14,701 nucleotides of DNA from Candidatus Iainarchaeum sp. (GCA_043809245.1 JAZDDZ010000041.1:1-14701), one strand, 5' to 3'; positions 1 to 8,718 are shown, counted from the stretch's first letter. Numbers and translations: made by a program. The notes: a model not told the origin generated them from the letters alone.

Positions 1-139
1 AATCACCAACGCAGCAAGCGAAGCATTCAACAACAAAATCGGTCTACTGAAAAGACGAGCATACGGTTACAAGGACTTGGAATACTTCAAACTCAAAATC
101 ATAAACTCATGCTGGAGGTCCTAAATATGCAGAAGAGCC
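1..139 (+). mobile_element. Right end of an ISL3-family insertion sequence
   Basis: The transposase stop at 122-124 is followed by ...GCAGAAGAGCC ending at 139, the reverse complement of the GGCTCT terminus typical of ISL3 inverted repeats. The AT-rich octamer ATATTTTT (140-147) is a candidate target-site duplication. Confidence 0.8.
2..124 (+). CDS. ISL3-family transposase, C-terminal fragment (5' part outside the window)
   Basis: Manual translation of frame 2 gives ITNAASEAFNNKIGLLKRRAYGYKDLEYFKLKIINSCWRS*. This matches the ISL3 C-terminal signature TNxxxEgxNnkIkxxKRxayGyrxxxxfxlki. Not in the ORF track. Confidence 0.9.
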   Translation: MTNAASEAFNNKIGLLKRRAYGYKDLEYFKLKIINSCWRS

Positions 140-188
140 ATATTTTTGCGCATTGGAATCACAAGCCTCACTTTAATGCGTGCGTGCT

Positions 189-1670
189 TTAAGCCCTCAA
201 ATGCTTGAACAGCCTTTTGATTGCCCTTAGCGCCTTGAAGAAAGGGTAAGAGGCAAAGAACGCGAATAAGATAAACGCAGTTACCTGCCTGCTGTAAATG
301 ATTGGCACGCCGATGCGCGGCAGTTCGCTGTAAAGCAGCACTGTAACCCACGCAAAGCACAGCACGATAAACATGTTGATTATGAAGTCCTCTAACTGTT
401 TTTTCGTGTAAGGCGTGTGCGGCTTCATTTCGCTTTTCTTTTCATGCACTTTGAAGCCCGGGATTCTGGAAAAAAGCTTTTGGTGCAGTTCCTTCAAATT
501 ATACAATGGCTGGAATATGAGCAGGGTTACGATGATTAAAAGGAATGCAAGCGGGCTGATGAGCGTTGCCTGCTCTCCAGTGAGAACCCCTGCGCCAATC
601 GTGACTGTTGCAATGATTATCACGAACTCCCCTAAAGGCGATAAAAGGATTGCGGCCATGCTTGTGTCCTCCGGATGCAGTCCAAACAAGCCGCCTGCAA
701 CCCTTAATGAAAAAGAGTGCGCGAAAATAGCGCAAAACCCTAATGTAAGCGCTATGCCCAAGAGTAAAGCGAACTGCTCCAGGGACGGAAGTACTATCGC
801 GTTGACTGCCTGGTCAAAGAAAATCGTAGTGCCGAATGCAACAAAGAAAAATACGAGAAAGAAATCCCTTAAAAACACCACGTCTTTTTTGATGCGGTGC
901 CCTGAATCGGTTTCACTCAAGGCAAAGCCCGCAAAGTATGCTCCGATTGCGGTTGAAAGCGCGAGAAGGTCAGCAAGAGTTGCAACAACAAGGCCTATGC
1001 CTAAAGCATAAAGCGTTATCTCAGTATGCCCAAAGCCGTTTTTCTTCATCCACCTTTCAACAATTATTGAAAGGCGGTAAACCGCGTAAAAAGCGCTTAC
1101 CGCGAAAACAAGCGCGGCGATTGCGAGCTCAAAAGGCGAGCCTCCCTGCGCTGACATCGCGGTAATGAACACCAAAAGCATTATTCCAAGAAAATCCTGC
1201 AAAATTAGTATTGACAAGGCGATTTTTGCAGCGTTGTTTTTTAGCAGGCTCTTGTCAAGTATGAATTTTCCTATAATTGCTGTGCTCGTGCAGAAAAGCA
1301 TTATGCCGACTACAACTGAAAAGAAAAGGCTTTGCCCGAGCAAAAGCATAACTCCTATTCCAAGGCCAGTTGTTATCACCATGTCAACCAATGCCAGGCC
1401 AAAAATAGTCGAGCCCGCGGCCAAAAATTCCTTTAACGAAAGCTCTATTCCAAGGTAAAACAACAGAACAAATAGGCCTAATTCTGCAAATCCTTTAATG
1501 AGCGGGTCATTTGGATGCAGAAAGTTAAGCCCGATTGGCCCAAGGAGAAAACCGGCAAGGATGAAGCCAATGACCTCGTTCTGCCTCAGTTTTTTGACGA
1601 AAACGCTGAATGCAATGGCTATGATTATTATCACGCCGATTGTTGTGAGGGGAAGAACAGTTTCAACCAT
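189..1670 (-). CDS. Cation:proton antiporter, CPA2/Kef family, with no RCK domain
   Basis: Many TM helices and the motifs GFILAGFLLGP, AELGLFVLLFYLGIE, STAI, ILILQD, GAYFAG, RDFF and PLGEF. Start placed at ATG 1670 (MVETVL) rather than the TTG at 1715. Confidence 0.9.
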   Translation of the reverse strand: MVETVLPLTTIGVIIIIAIAFSVFVKKLRQNEVIGFILAGFLLGPIGLNFLHPNDPLIKGFAELGLFVLLFYLGIELSLKEFLAAGSTIFGLALVDMVITTGLGIGVMLLLGQSLFFSVVVGIMLFCTSTAIIGKFILDKSLLKNNAAKIALSILILQDFLGIMLLVFITAMSAQGGSPFELAIAALVFAVSAFYAVYRLSIIVERWMKKNGFGHTEITLYALGIGLVVATLADLLALSTAIGAYFAGFALSETDSGHRIKKDVVFLRDFFLVFFFVAFGTTIFFDQAVNAIVLPSLEQFALLLGIALTLGFCAIFAHSFSLRVAGGLFGLHPEDTSMAAILLSPLGEFVIIIATVTIGAGVLTGEQATLISPLAFLLIIVTLLIFQPLYNLKELHQKLFSRIPGFKVHEKKSEMKPHTPYTKKQLEDFIINMFIVLCFAWVTVLLYSELPRIGVPIIYSRQVTAFILFAFFASYPFFKALRAIKRLFKHLRA

Positions 1671-1713
1671 GCTATAGGATAATGCCTTTGGAAAATAAAA
1701 ATCTGCTGTATGC

Positions 1714-1730
1714 AAAAAAAAAGAAAAAAA
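1714..1730 (-). terminator. Oligo-T tract, probable archaeal terminator for the DUF4389 gene
   Basis: T7-C-T9 on the minus strand, 8 nt after the stop codon at 1739. Confidence 0.5.
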
Positions 1731-1738
1731 CCGCGGGG

Positions 1739-2008
1739 TCAGGGAACCAGCGGCGGCCTTTCATCAGTCACAAAGTGGCTGTAAGCGCCAATCATTGCAA
1801 GCCATCCAATGTACTTTGCAAGAAAATCCGCTGCAACCCTTTGCGCGAGTATAAGGCATGTGAAAAAATTAATGAATATTAGCACGCATGCGACAATGCC
1901 CAGAATTCCGGCAATGAAGTACAATACAATGCTGTAAAAAATCCTGATAATTGCCTCTGCCCTGTCGGCTTTCCCGCCAGGAGTTATCTGCACCTTTACT
2001 GCTTCCAT
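1739..2008 (-). CDS. Small membrane protein, DUF4389-like
   Basis: Hydrophobic helices and the C-terminal AYxxxxTDERPP motif typical of DUF4389. Perfect GGAGGTGA RBS at 2013-2020. Confidence 0.75.
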   Translation of the reverse strand: MEAVKVQITPGGKADRAEAIIRIFYSIVLYFIAGILGIVACVLIFINFFTCLILAQRVAADFLAKYIGWLAMIGAYSHFVTDERPPLVP

Positions 2009-2075
2009 TAGTTCACCTCCTTGAAAAAATCAATTGAAAGAATAAGATTGGTTCAGGTTAATTAAGTTTTCGGGG

Positions 2076-3647
2076 TCAGTCCTCGTTTCCTTCTTCGTCG
2101 AATTTATGTTCCGAGTCCTCAACCAGTTTGCCTTTCTTTTCCTTTATTTTTGATGCCTGTACTGTAACGTTTGCGTCTTCCAATACTGTGAGCTTGATTG
2201 TGGGCCTTAAAATCAGCTCGTTGTTTCCCGTAACCTTCAATGATTTTCCCACGTCAAAGTCAAGCAATAGGAATGCGACAGTCCCGTTTTCCGCATTGAA
2301 TACTCCGTGAAGCATGAGCTTGTTCGGCGGAACCCTTACATCAAACTCGTTTCCGTCAATAACCGCTTTCGCCGAAAGAATTTCAAGCCTTATCTGCGTG
2401 TATTTTCCCGCAGGAATATTCAAATCCGAAAGCAATGCCTCGGTTGTCGTCAACTGCAATAAATCAAATGTTTTATTGGCGTCACTTACAAGAATCCATT
2501 TGTTCTGCTCCTTGTAGCTGCCTGCGTTTTCATCCTCTGCCTCGTTTTCCGCCAAATTTAGGTTAAGATCTCCTGAATTGTTCTGGTCGTCTGATTCATT
2601 CAAATCGGGGATTTCGTCTTCATCATCATCGGTTTCGTTTTCATTTTCGCCTTCCGTTTTATTTTCATCCCCTGCCCTTTTCAGGAAGCTCCTGCTCAAG
2701 TGAACCGATACCTCGCCAAGGGTTATGTTCAGAGCGGTCATTTTGTTCAAGTCAATGTTTTCCGATTTTTGATTCTGGTTTCCTGTGCTTTTATTCTCAT
2801 CCTTTCCGTTTGCCTTATTGTTGTCCTGTTGCCCTGGCGCTACAAAATTGCCGTCGTCTTCATTTTCCTTGAAAACCGCGACAGTTATGGCCTTGTCTTT
2901 TATTGCGGCAACGAATCTCGCGCTGCCGACTGTCTCGTCAATTACTGACTGCGGAGAAACAGCCGGGGCGTTTTGGTTGGCAACTTCAGGTTCAGGCACA
3001 GCACATTCCTCTTCCCAAATTCGGATGCATTTCTGTCTTGCCTCGCACCAGCTGTAGCCGGCGGAGCCAATGCATCCGTGCTCATCAGCGTCTCCTCCCA
3101 CAATATTTTTTCCTTCATTGAATTCCTTTACGGTTAAAAGCTTCACGACAGGCGTCATAATGTATTTTCCGCCGGCTTCCTTGACTGAATCAGGCTTGAA
3201 ATCAATTATCAGTTGAGTTGTCCCGTTTGCATCAATTGAAAAAGGCCTTACTATTTTAATTTTTTCAGAGGGAACTTTCACGTCAGCTGTTGTGCCGTCA
3301 TCCAGCTCCAGATCAGCTTTCACAACTGAAAGCCTTATCTGCGTGTAAGCACCGGCGTCAAGTGTTTTCTCGCCCAATAGCTCTGCCACGCCGCTTAACT
3401 GCATCAAGTCAAAGGTTTTCTCCTCGTTTGAGAAGGCAATCCATTCTCCTTCATTGGCATCGGCTTTGTGCACGTCAATGCCTGAAATTGTAACATTCAA
3501 TGCCTTTAAACCGTCAACCTTTGCATCGGTTAATTTCAAAACAAGCGTTCCAGTGCCAGTGCTTCCGCCAGGCTGAGTGCACCCTATAAGAAAAACCAGC
3601 GCCAATAAAAGCAAAGCCAAAGAAGCAATCGCATAGCTGTTCTTCAT
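2076..3647 (-). CDS. Surface lipoprotein with two DUF4382-like domains and a central Cys-rich GGDxDEHGC module
   Basis: Lipobox-like signal (LVFLIGC). The LTDA / FDL / GxYTQIRL / VP-x-xK / DF pattern occurs twice. BRE/TATA (GAAAGG-C-TTTTATAA) lies about 25 nt upstream of ATG 3647. Confidence 0.8.
   Translation of the reverse strand: MKNSYAIASLALLLLALVFLIGCTQPGGSTGTGTLVLKLTDAKVDGLKALNVTISGIDVHKADANEGEWIAFSNEEKTFDLMQLSGVAELLGEKTLDAGAYTQIRLSVVKADLELDDGTTADVKVPSEKIKIVRPFSIDANGTTQLIIDFKPDSVKEAGGKYIMTPVVKLLTVKEFNEGKNIVGGDADEHGCIGSAGYSWCEARQKCIRIWEEECAVPEPEVANQNAPAVSPQSVIDETVGSARFVAAIKDKAITVAVFKENEDDGNFVAPGQQDNNKANGKDENKSTGNQNQKSENIDLNKMTALNITLGEVSVHLSRSFLKRAGDENKTEGENENETDDDEDEIPDLNESDDQNNSGDLNLNLAENEAEDENAGSYKEQNKWILVSDANKTFDLLQLTTTEALLSDLNIPAGKYTQIRLEILSAKAVIDGNEFDVRVPPNKLMLHGVFNAENGTVAFLLLDFDVGKSLKVTGNNELILRPTIKLTVLEDANVTVQASKIKEKKGKLVEDSEHKFDEEGNED
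2385..3347. repeat. Exact 18-bp direct repeat AAGCCTTATCTGCGTGTA at 2385-2402 and 3330-3347
   Basis: Both copies encode YTQIRL, one in each DUF4382 domain. Confidence 0.85.
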
Positions 3648-3755
3648 TTTACCGTTAATATCTAGCGGCATTTCTTATAAAAGCCTTTCTTTTTGGTTTC
3701 CGAATTTTCTCCGGGGCAGTTAGCCTTTTATTGTTTAGTTTCATTCCTGTTATCA

Positions 3756-4433
3756 ATGCCGCAGAAAATTCCTCTAGCAAGCATTATTGTAAAGGTGCTG
3801 CTTTTCGTTGTATCCGTTATTGCTTTCCTTTTTGTTCCCGCCGGCACGGTGTACTGGCCTGAGGCGTGGCTTTACATTGCAATCACCTTTGCATATTTTA
3901 TTCCAATGGTTTTTTACCTGAAAAAGCACAGCCCCGAGCTGCTTGAAAGGCGCAGCAAAATGATGCCTGAAAAAGGATGGGATGCGGTTTTCACAATTGG
4001 CTCGGGAATTATTTTCGTTGTAATGTTTGCGCTCCTAGGCCTTGACGCTGTCCGCTTTCAATGGTCTTCAGTTCCCTTGTCAATCAAGGCAATCGGCTTT
4101 ATCGGAACAGCATTATCCTATGTTGCAGTATTTTTCGTGATGAAGGAAAATTCCTATCTTTTCAGAATAGTGAAAATAGAGCAGGGGCAAAAGCTCGCCA
4201 CGAAAGGACCTTACGCAATTGTCCGGCACCCCATGTATATTTCAGTGATTGTAATGGTTTTCTCCCTTCCACTTGCATTGGGCTCCTATTACGGGCTGAT
4301 TCCTGCCGCACTCATTAATCTCTGCATTGTCGCTCGCACCGTGATGGAGGACAGCCTTCTCCAAAAAGAACTGCCCGGCTACAAGGCGTACGCGCAAAAA
4401 ACCCGCTACCGCTTGCTGCCAGGGGTTTGGTGA
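3756..4433 (+). CDS. Isoprenylcysteine carboxyl methyltransferase (Ste14/ICMT/PEMT) family membrane protein
   Basis: Motifs L-x-T-x-GPYAIVRHPMY, R-x-x-x-ED-x-x-L and GY-x-x-Y-x-x-x-TRYRLLPGVW. Start placed at ATG 3756. Confidence 0.9.
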   Translation: MPQKIPLASIIVKVLLFVVSVIAFLFVPAGTVYWPEAWLYIAITFAYFIPMVFYLKKHSPELLERRSKMMPEKGWDAVFTIGSGIIFVVMFALLGLDAVRFQWSSVPLSIKAIGFIGTALSYVAVFFVMKENSYLFRIVKIEQGQKLATKGPYAIVRHPMYISVIVMVFSLPLALGSYYGLIPAALINLCIVARTVMEDSLLQKELPGYKAYAQKTRYRLLPGVW

Positions 4434-4473
4434 GGGAGAAACTATTTAAAGCAGTAAAAGCCTTTGTTTTTGC

Positions 4474-5181
4474 ATGGGAAAAAAATTCAACGCATTAATG
4501 CTTGCATGGCTTGCAGTTTCTCTCCTGTTCTGGGCCTTTTACCTTTCCATCGAATTTTCATTCATTTTAATTTACCCGCACCTGCTGCTTTTTTTTGTGG
4601 GCGTTCCCATATGGATTTACAGGCAGAAAATCAGGGCTTTTCTTGGCGCGTGGAAACTCGGCGGATTCAAAAAATTCCTTCTGTTGGGCTACGGAATGGT
4701 TTTATTGGAGGAAGTTTTGGTGGCATTGGTCCACAGCCTTAATGAGGGATTTACCCTGGCGCTTTTTTTGCAGAGAATAGGCCAGTTCTGGGCGTTCAAT
4801 CTCCTTGCTTTCACTGGCTTAATTCTTGCATGGCATTTGCTTACTTCCCGCATAAAATTCTCTTTCAACGAGGCGTTTTACCTTGTTGGAATTTTCGGGC
4901 TTTTCTCTGAAAGGGTAATTTTCCTGATTTTTTCAAACCCCGCGGCTTTTGCCTTTGCGGCAGCGCCCATGATATTTGTTTACGGCTTAATCCTCACGCC
5001 AGCGTTATTCAGCGCAGAAAAAACAGGCATTGAAGGAAAAAAAGAAATTCACCCCCTGCTAAAATACGCATTGTCCCTTGTTCTGCCATTCCTTCTCGCA
5101 ATAATCCCAATACTAATCCTGTCAGCTTTGCGCGAGAATTTTCCCCTGGCTTTTCCCCCGCCTGAATTCATTCCCCTCTGA
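4474..5181 (+). CDS. Hypothetical multi-pass membrane protein
   Basis: 235-aa hydrophobic ORF with about 7 TM segments. TATA-like TTTAAA lies about 25 nt upstream of the ATG. Confidence 0.75.
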   Translation: MGKKFNALMLAWLAVSLLFWAFYLSIEFSFILIYPHLLLFFVGVPIWIYRQKIRAFLGAWKLGGFKKFLLLGYGMVLLEEVLVALVHSLNEGFTLALFLQRIGQFWAFNLLAFTGLILAWHLLTSRIKFSFNEAFYLVGIFGLFSERVIFLIFSNPAAFAFAAAPMIFVYGLILTPALFSAEKTGIEGKKEIHPLLKYALSLVLPFLLAIIPILILSALRENFPLAFPPPEFIPL

Positions 5182-5252
5182 GTTTCCGCGAAGAAAAGCC
5201 GTTAAAACCGCCTTTCTCTGGGTTTTAAAAAGCTTTTCATTCAAATATTGTT

Positions 5253-5355
5253 TATTGGAAAAGAAAGGATAGCAAAATAACTCTGTTTTTTTCTTAAATG
5301 AAAAACTTGCTGCTTTAACGCAGAATAGCGTTATTTTTTTCTCTTTCTTTCAATA
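5253..5355 (+). promoter_or_regulatory. Long AU-rich imperfect hairpin in the putative 5' UTR of the DEAD-box helicase gene
   Basis: TATTGG..GAAAGG (5253-5268) pairs with TCTTTCTTTCAATA (5342-5355); AAAATAAC (5274-5281) with GTTATTTT (5330-5337); TCTGT with GCAGA. TATA-like TTTTAAAA at 5223-5230. Confidence 0.5.
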
Positions 5356-5367
5356 GGAGTGAATAAA

Positions 5368-6468
5368 TTGAAATTCGATGAACTAAACATAAATGACAGC
5401 ATAAAGAAAGCCGTGCAAAAAAAAGGCTTCACAGATGCCTCAGAGGTCCAGGAAAAAGTTATCCCTGAAGCGCTTCAAGGCAAGGACTTGGTCGGAAAAT
5501 CAAAGACAGGCACTGGAAAAACAGCGGCCTTTGCAATTCCGATTATTGAAAAAATAGTCCGCGGCGAGGGATTTTCCGCGCTAGTGGTAGTTCCCACAAG
5601 GGAACTTGCAGTGCAGGTAAAGGAAGAAATCGCTTCCATTGCAATAGGCAGCCACGTGAAAACAATGGCTGTTTACGGCGGCCAGAACATCAGCCGCCAG
5701 ATGCAATTGCTTGACAGGAACCCCGAAATAATTGTCGGAACCCCGGGAAGGCTATTGGACCTGATTTCAAGGGGCGCGCTGAATTTCAAAAACGCGAAGT
5801 TTTTGGTTTTGGACGAAGCGGACAAAATGTTCGACATGGGTTTCAGGGATGATGTGGAGAGAATAATCTCGTTCCTGCCGCAAAAAAGGCAGACAATGCT
5901 TTTTTCCGCGACAATGCCTGATGAAATCCTGCACCTGATTGACAGGCACATGAAACAGGACAAAATTGTCTTCGATTTGAGCGAGGACAACGCGCCAGTG
6001 GAAGAAGTGGAGCAGTTCTATTTGATGGTTGACAAAAACCGCAAAATAGATGCCTTGCGCAGGGTGATGGCGTCCTTTAATTCAAAGACGCTTGTCTTCT
6101 GCAGGACTAAGAGGACAGTTGACTGGCTTGAAAGGCAGTTGTTCAAAAGAGGCATTAAGGCACTTGCGCTTCACGGCGACAAGCCACAGAACGCAAGGAA
6201 AAGAATCATAGAAAAATTCACGCATTCAAAGGACGGGATTCTCCTGGCCACAGACATTGTAGCGAGAGGCATTCACGTTGAAGACATCGGAAACGTTGTC
6301 AACTTTGACTTGCCCGAGGAAAGGGAAACCTACATCCACCGCATCGGCAGAACCGCAAGGCAGGGCCGAAAAGGAAGGGCAATCAGCTTTTGCTCTAATT
6401 TAATGGAATTGAACTCCATTGAAAACGTCGGCGCTGCGCACAACACCGTGATACAGCAGCTGCAATGA
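5368..6468 (+). CDS. deaD: DEAD-box ATP-dependent RNA helicase (core only; DeaD/CshA-like)
   Basis: Q motif (GFxxxSEVQ), TGTGKT, PTRELA, GG, TPGR, DEAD, SAT, ARGI and HRIGRTAR. The RBS GGAGTGA (5356-5362) favours TTG 5368 as start; GTG 5359 is the alternative. Confidence 0.93.
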   Translation: MKFDELNINDSIKKAVQKKGFTDASEVQEKVIPEALQGKDLVGKSKTGTGKTAAFAIPIIEKIVRGEGFSALVVVPTRELAVQVKEEIASIAIGSHVKTMAVYGGQNISRQMQLLDRNPEIIVGTPGRLLDLISRGALNFKNAKFLVLDEADKMFDMGFRDDVERIISFLPQKRQTMLFSATMPDEILHLIDRHMKQDKIVFDLSEDNAPVEEVEQFYLMVDKNRKIDALRRVMASFNSKTLVFCRTKRTVDWLERQLFKRGIKALALHGDKPQNARKRIIEKFTHSKDGILLATDIVARGIHVEDIGNVVNFDLPEERETYIHRIGRTARQGRKGRAISFCSNLMELNSIENVGAAHNTVIQQLQ

Positions 6469-6489
6469 TTTCGGTGAACGCGCCTTTCA

Positions 6490-6759
6490 TTAAGGCACTT
6501 TCCCTTTTTCTTTTTTTCCTTTTTCAATCAGGTTCTCTTTTTCTTTCCGTGAAAACTTCTTTATTTCGCGTTCCCTTTGCATTGCCTTGCTCCGCGTTTC
6601 CATTTTCTCGGAATAAACAAGCTTAACAGGCCTGTGCGAACGCGTGTACTTCCCGCCCCTTCCATTACTGTGCTCTTTGACCCTTGCAGTTAAATCGCTG
6701 GTGTAACCGCAGTAAAAGCTTCCGCCACCACATTCAAGCAGATAAACAAAATAAGGCAT
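6490..6759 (-). CDS. GIY-YIG nuclease family protein (UPF0213, YhbQ/YazA-like)
   Basis: YFVYLLEC...FYCGYT.DL..RV.EH..GRGGKYTR..RPVKLVY.E...RS.AM.RE..IKK. Confidence 0.92.
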   Translation of the reverse strand: MPYFVYLLECGGGSFYCGYTSDLTARVKEHSNGRGGKYTRSHRPVKLVYSEKMETRSKAMQREREIKKFSRKEKENLIEKGKKEKGKVP

Positions 6760-6802
6760 GCAATAAAAAAACGGATTCAGTGTATAAAAGCATTTGCGCT
6801 TT

Positions 6803-7720
6803 TCAGATTTTCACAATCGTGCCTTTTCCCAAAATCCTCGGCTTTGCATTCGCGTCAACCAGCACAATTTTTTCTCCTTCTTTTGCCGCAATTTTTTTCC
6901 CCGTCTCAACCCTTAACGGGTTCAATGACTTAACAATGCAGCCCGTTGTTTGAAGCCTGCACTGCAATTGCAGGCTGATTCCCGCCTCAATTTCTTTTTT
7001 GCTGAAAGCATTTTTTTCAAAGCTTAATTCAAATTCATTCGCGGCCCTGAAACTTTCCTCGTTTGTTAAAACCATTCCCCTTGAAAAATCCCCGGCATCC
7101 GCTCCCTTGACCGATAAGCCGACCCTCTGGTTGAATTCCGCTGCCTTCACATCCTTGTCGTGCACCTGCAGTGATTTCACAAGCGCCTCTTCATTTTTTG
7201 GAAGCAGTTTTAGTTTCTGGAATTGTTCCACTTTTCCCTGCGTTACAAAGCCCAAGGCCACGGTTCCAACGCCTTTCACCGCAAACATTCCATCCAAGTC
7301 AACAACCGTCTTTCCTTCCGCTTTAACCGGCGCCACAGTTGAAACTTTTTCAAGCGCCTCGCTTTTTTCAATCCTTTCAAAGCCTTTAACGCAGGTTTTT
7401 TCCGAAATCTTTGCAAACAATTCTTCATCTGCGCCGGCGCCGAAAGCAACAAAGCCCTGCTTTATTCCCAACGCGTCAATTGCCAGAATAACTTCCCCTA
7501 AAAATGCGTCAATTTTTTCCACGAAAAGCAGAGCACAGTTCGACAAATAAAGCGCCTGCAGCAATGGCCCCGGCTTTTCAGGAAAACCCGCGGGGCAAAT
7601 GAACGCCAAATCCTTTCCATTGAACGAGCGATGGTAAAACTCCAGATCGGATTCGTTTTCTCTTTTGCCCAATTCTTTGGCAAAATCCCTGTCCAAAACA
7701 AAGCAGTTAACGGAATCCAT
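6803..7720 (-). CDS. selBL: Archaeal SelB-like translation factor (aSelBL) with a degenerate G domain
   Basis: EF-Tu/SelB domain II motifs (D-x-x-F-x-VKGVGTVALG-x-V, KSLQVHD, RVGL-x-VKG, RG). The N-terminus (AKELGK...SD) lacks the GxxxxGK[ST] P-loop, as described for aSelBL. Confidence 0.8.
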   Translation of the reverse strand: MDSVNCFVLDRDFAKELGKRENESDLEFYHRSFNGKDLAFICPAGFPEKPGPLLQALYLSNCALLFVEKIDAFLGEVILAIDALGIKQGFVAFGAGADEELFAKISEKTCVKGFERIEKSEALEKVSTVAPVKAEGKTVVDLDGMFAVKGVGTVALGFVTQGKVEQFQKLKLLPKNEEALVKSLQVHDKDVKAAEFNQRVGLSVKGADAGDFSRGMVLTNEESFRAANEFELSFEKNAFSKKEIEAGISLQLQCRLQTTGCIVKSLNPLRVETGKKIAAKEGEKIVLVDANAKPRILGKGTIVKI

Positions 7721-7822
7721 TAAAAAACGCCTTCCCTGAATGCATAAAATAGTTTTACTGGCATTGGATTAAAAAACGCGGCGCCAGTCAGGCTTATATT
7801 CTTCCTTGCACTAAATAAAATA

Positions 7823-8689
7823 ATGTTTGAGTTAAGCATTCCCGCTGCCTTCGGGGCAATGCTTTGCTGGGGAATAGGCGACTTCCTGATTCAGCGCACA
7901 ACGCGCGCTGTTGGGGACATTGAGGCGCTTGCATTCATCGGCTTGTTCGGCTCAATCGGCTTGCTTCCGTTTGTGCTGCAGGACTTTTCCCTTCTTTTCT
8001 CCGTGCAGAATGCCGCGCTTTTATTGTTTCTCGGGGCAGTGGTTTTTGTCGTGGCAGTCATAAACTTTGAGGCGCTGAAAAAAGGCAAGCTCTCGGTCGT
8101 GGAAATGGTGATTGAAGTAGAGCTTCCATTGACTGCTGTCCTCGCGTTCTGGTTTTTCGGGGAAACCCTTTCCCTGATTCAGGCAGTGCTTGTTTTCCTT
8201 GTTTTCGTGGGAATACTGCTTGTTTCATTCAAGGGAATTTCAAAGGGCAATTTGCTTAAGGGGCTTGAAAAAGGAGTCGCGCTTGCGGTTCTCACCGCGC
8301 TTGGCTCTGCTTTGGTTAACTTTTTGACTGCAGCTGGCGCAAAACAGATTTCGCCCCTTCTTGCAGTATGGTTTCCATGGGTGATTTTTACTGTTCTTTG
8401 CTTTGCAATTATCTGGAAACGCGAAGGCCTTTCTGCATTTTTTGAAAACGCGAAAAAATTCAAGTCAATGATTGTCGCAATGGGCGCAATGGATACCTTT
8501 GCATGGGTTTTCTTTGCAACCGCTGTTGTAAAAAACGAGCTGGCAATAACCACGGCAATCACCGAAAGCTATGTTGCCATAGCGCTTGTTTTAGGCGTTT
8601 TGCTGAACCGTGAAAAAATTTTCGCGCACCAGTGGGCCGGCGCCGCGGTCGCGCTCGGGGCAAGCGTTATGCTGGCGCTGATGATTTAG
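7823..8689 (+). CDS. EamA/DMT family transporter
   Basis: About 10 TM helices in two repeats, with WGIGDF, EALKKGKLSVV, FFGETL and LNREK. Confidence 0.9.
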   Translation: MFELSIPAAFGAMLCWGIGDFLIQRTTRAVGDIEALAFIGLFGSIGLLPFVLQDFSLLFSVQNAALLLFLGAVVFVVAVINFEALKKGKLSVVEMVIEVELPLTAVLAFWFFGETLSLIQAVLVFLVFVGILLVSFKGISKGNLLKGLEKGVALAVLTALGSALVNFLTAAGAKQISPLLAVWFPWVIFTVLCFAIIWKREGLSAFFENAKKFKSMIVAMGAMDTFAWVFFATAVVKNELAITTAITESYVAIALVLGVLLNREKIFAHQWAGAAVALGASVMLALMI

Positions 8690-8718
8690 AAAACGGCTAT
8701 TTTGCGCTTTCACAGGGG

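Noticed and set aside
5368-6759. Helicase plus nuclease as a defence system
   Set aside because: The genes are convergent rather than operonic, and both belong to ordinary housekeeping families (DEAD-box RNA helicase and UPF0213).
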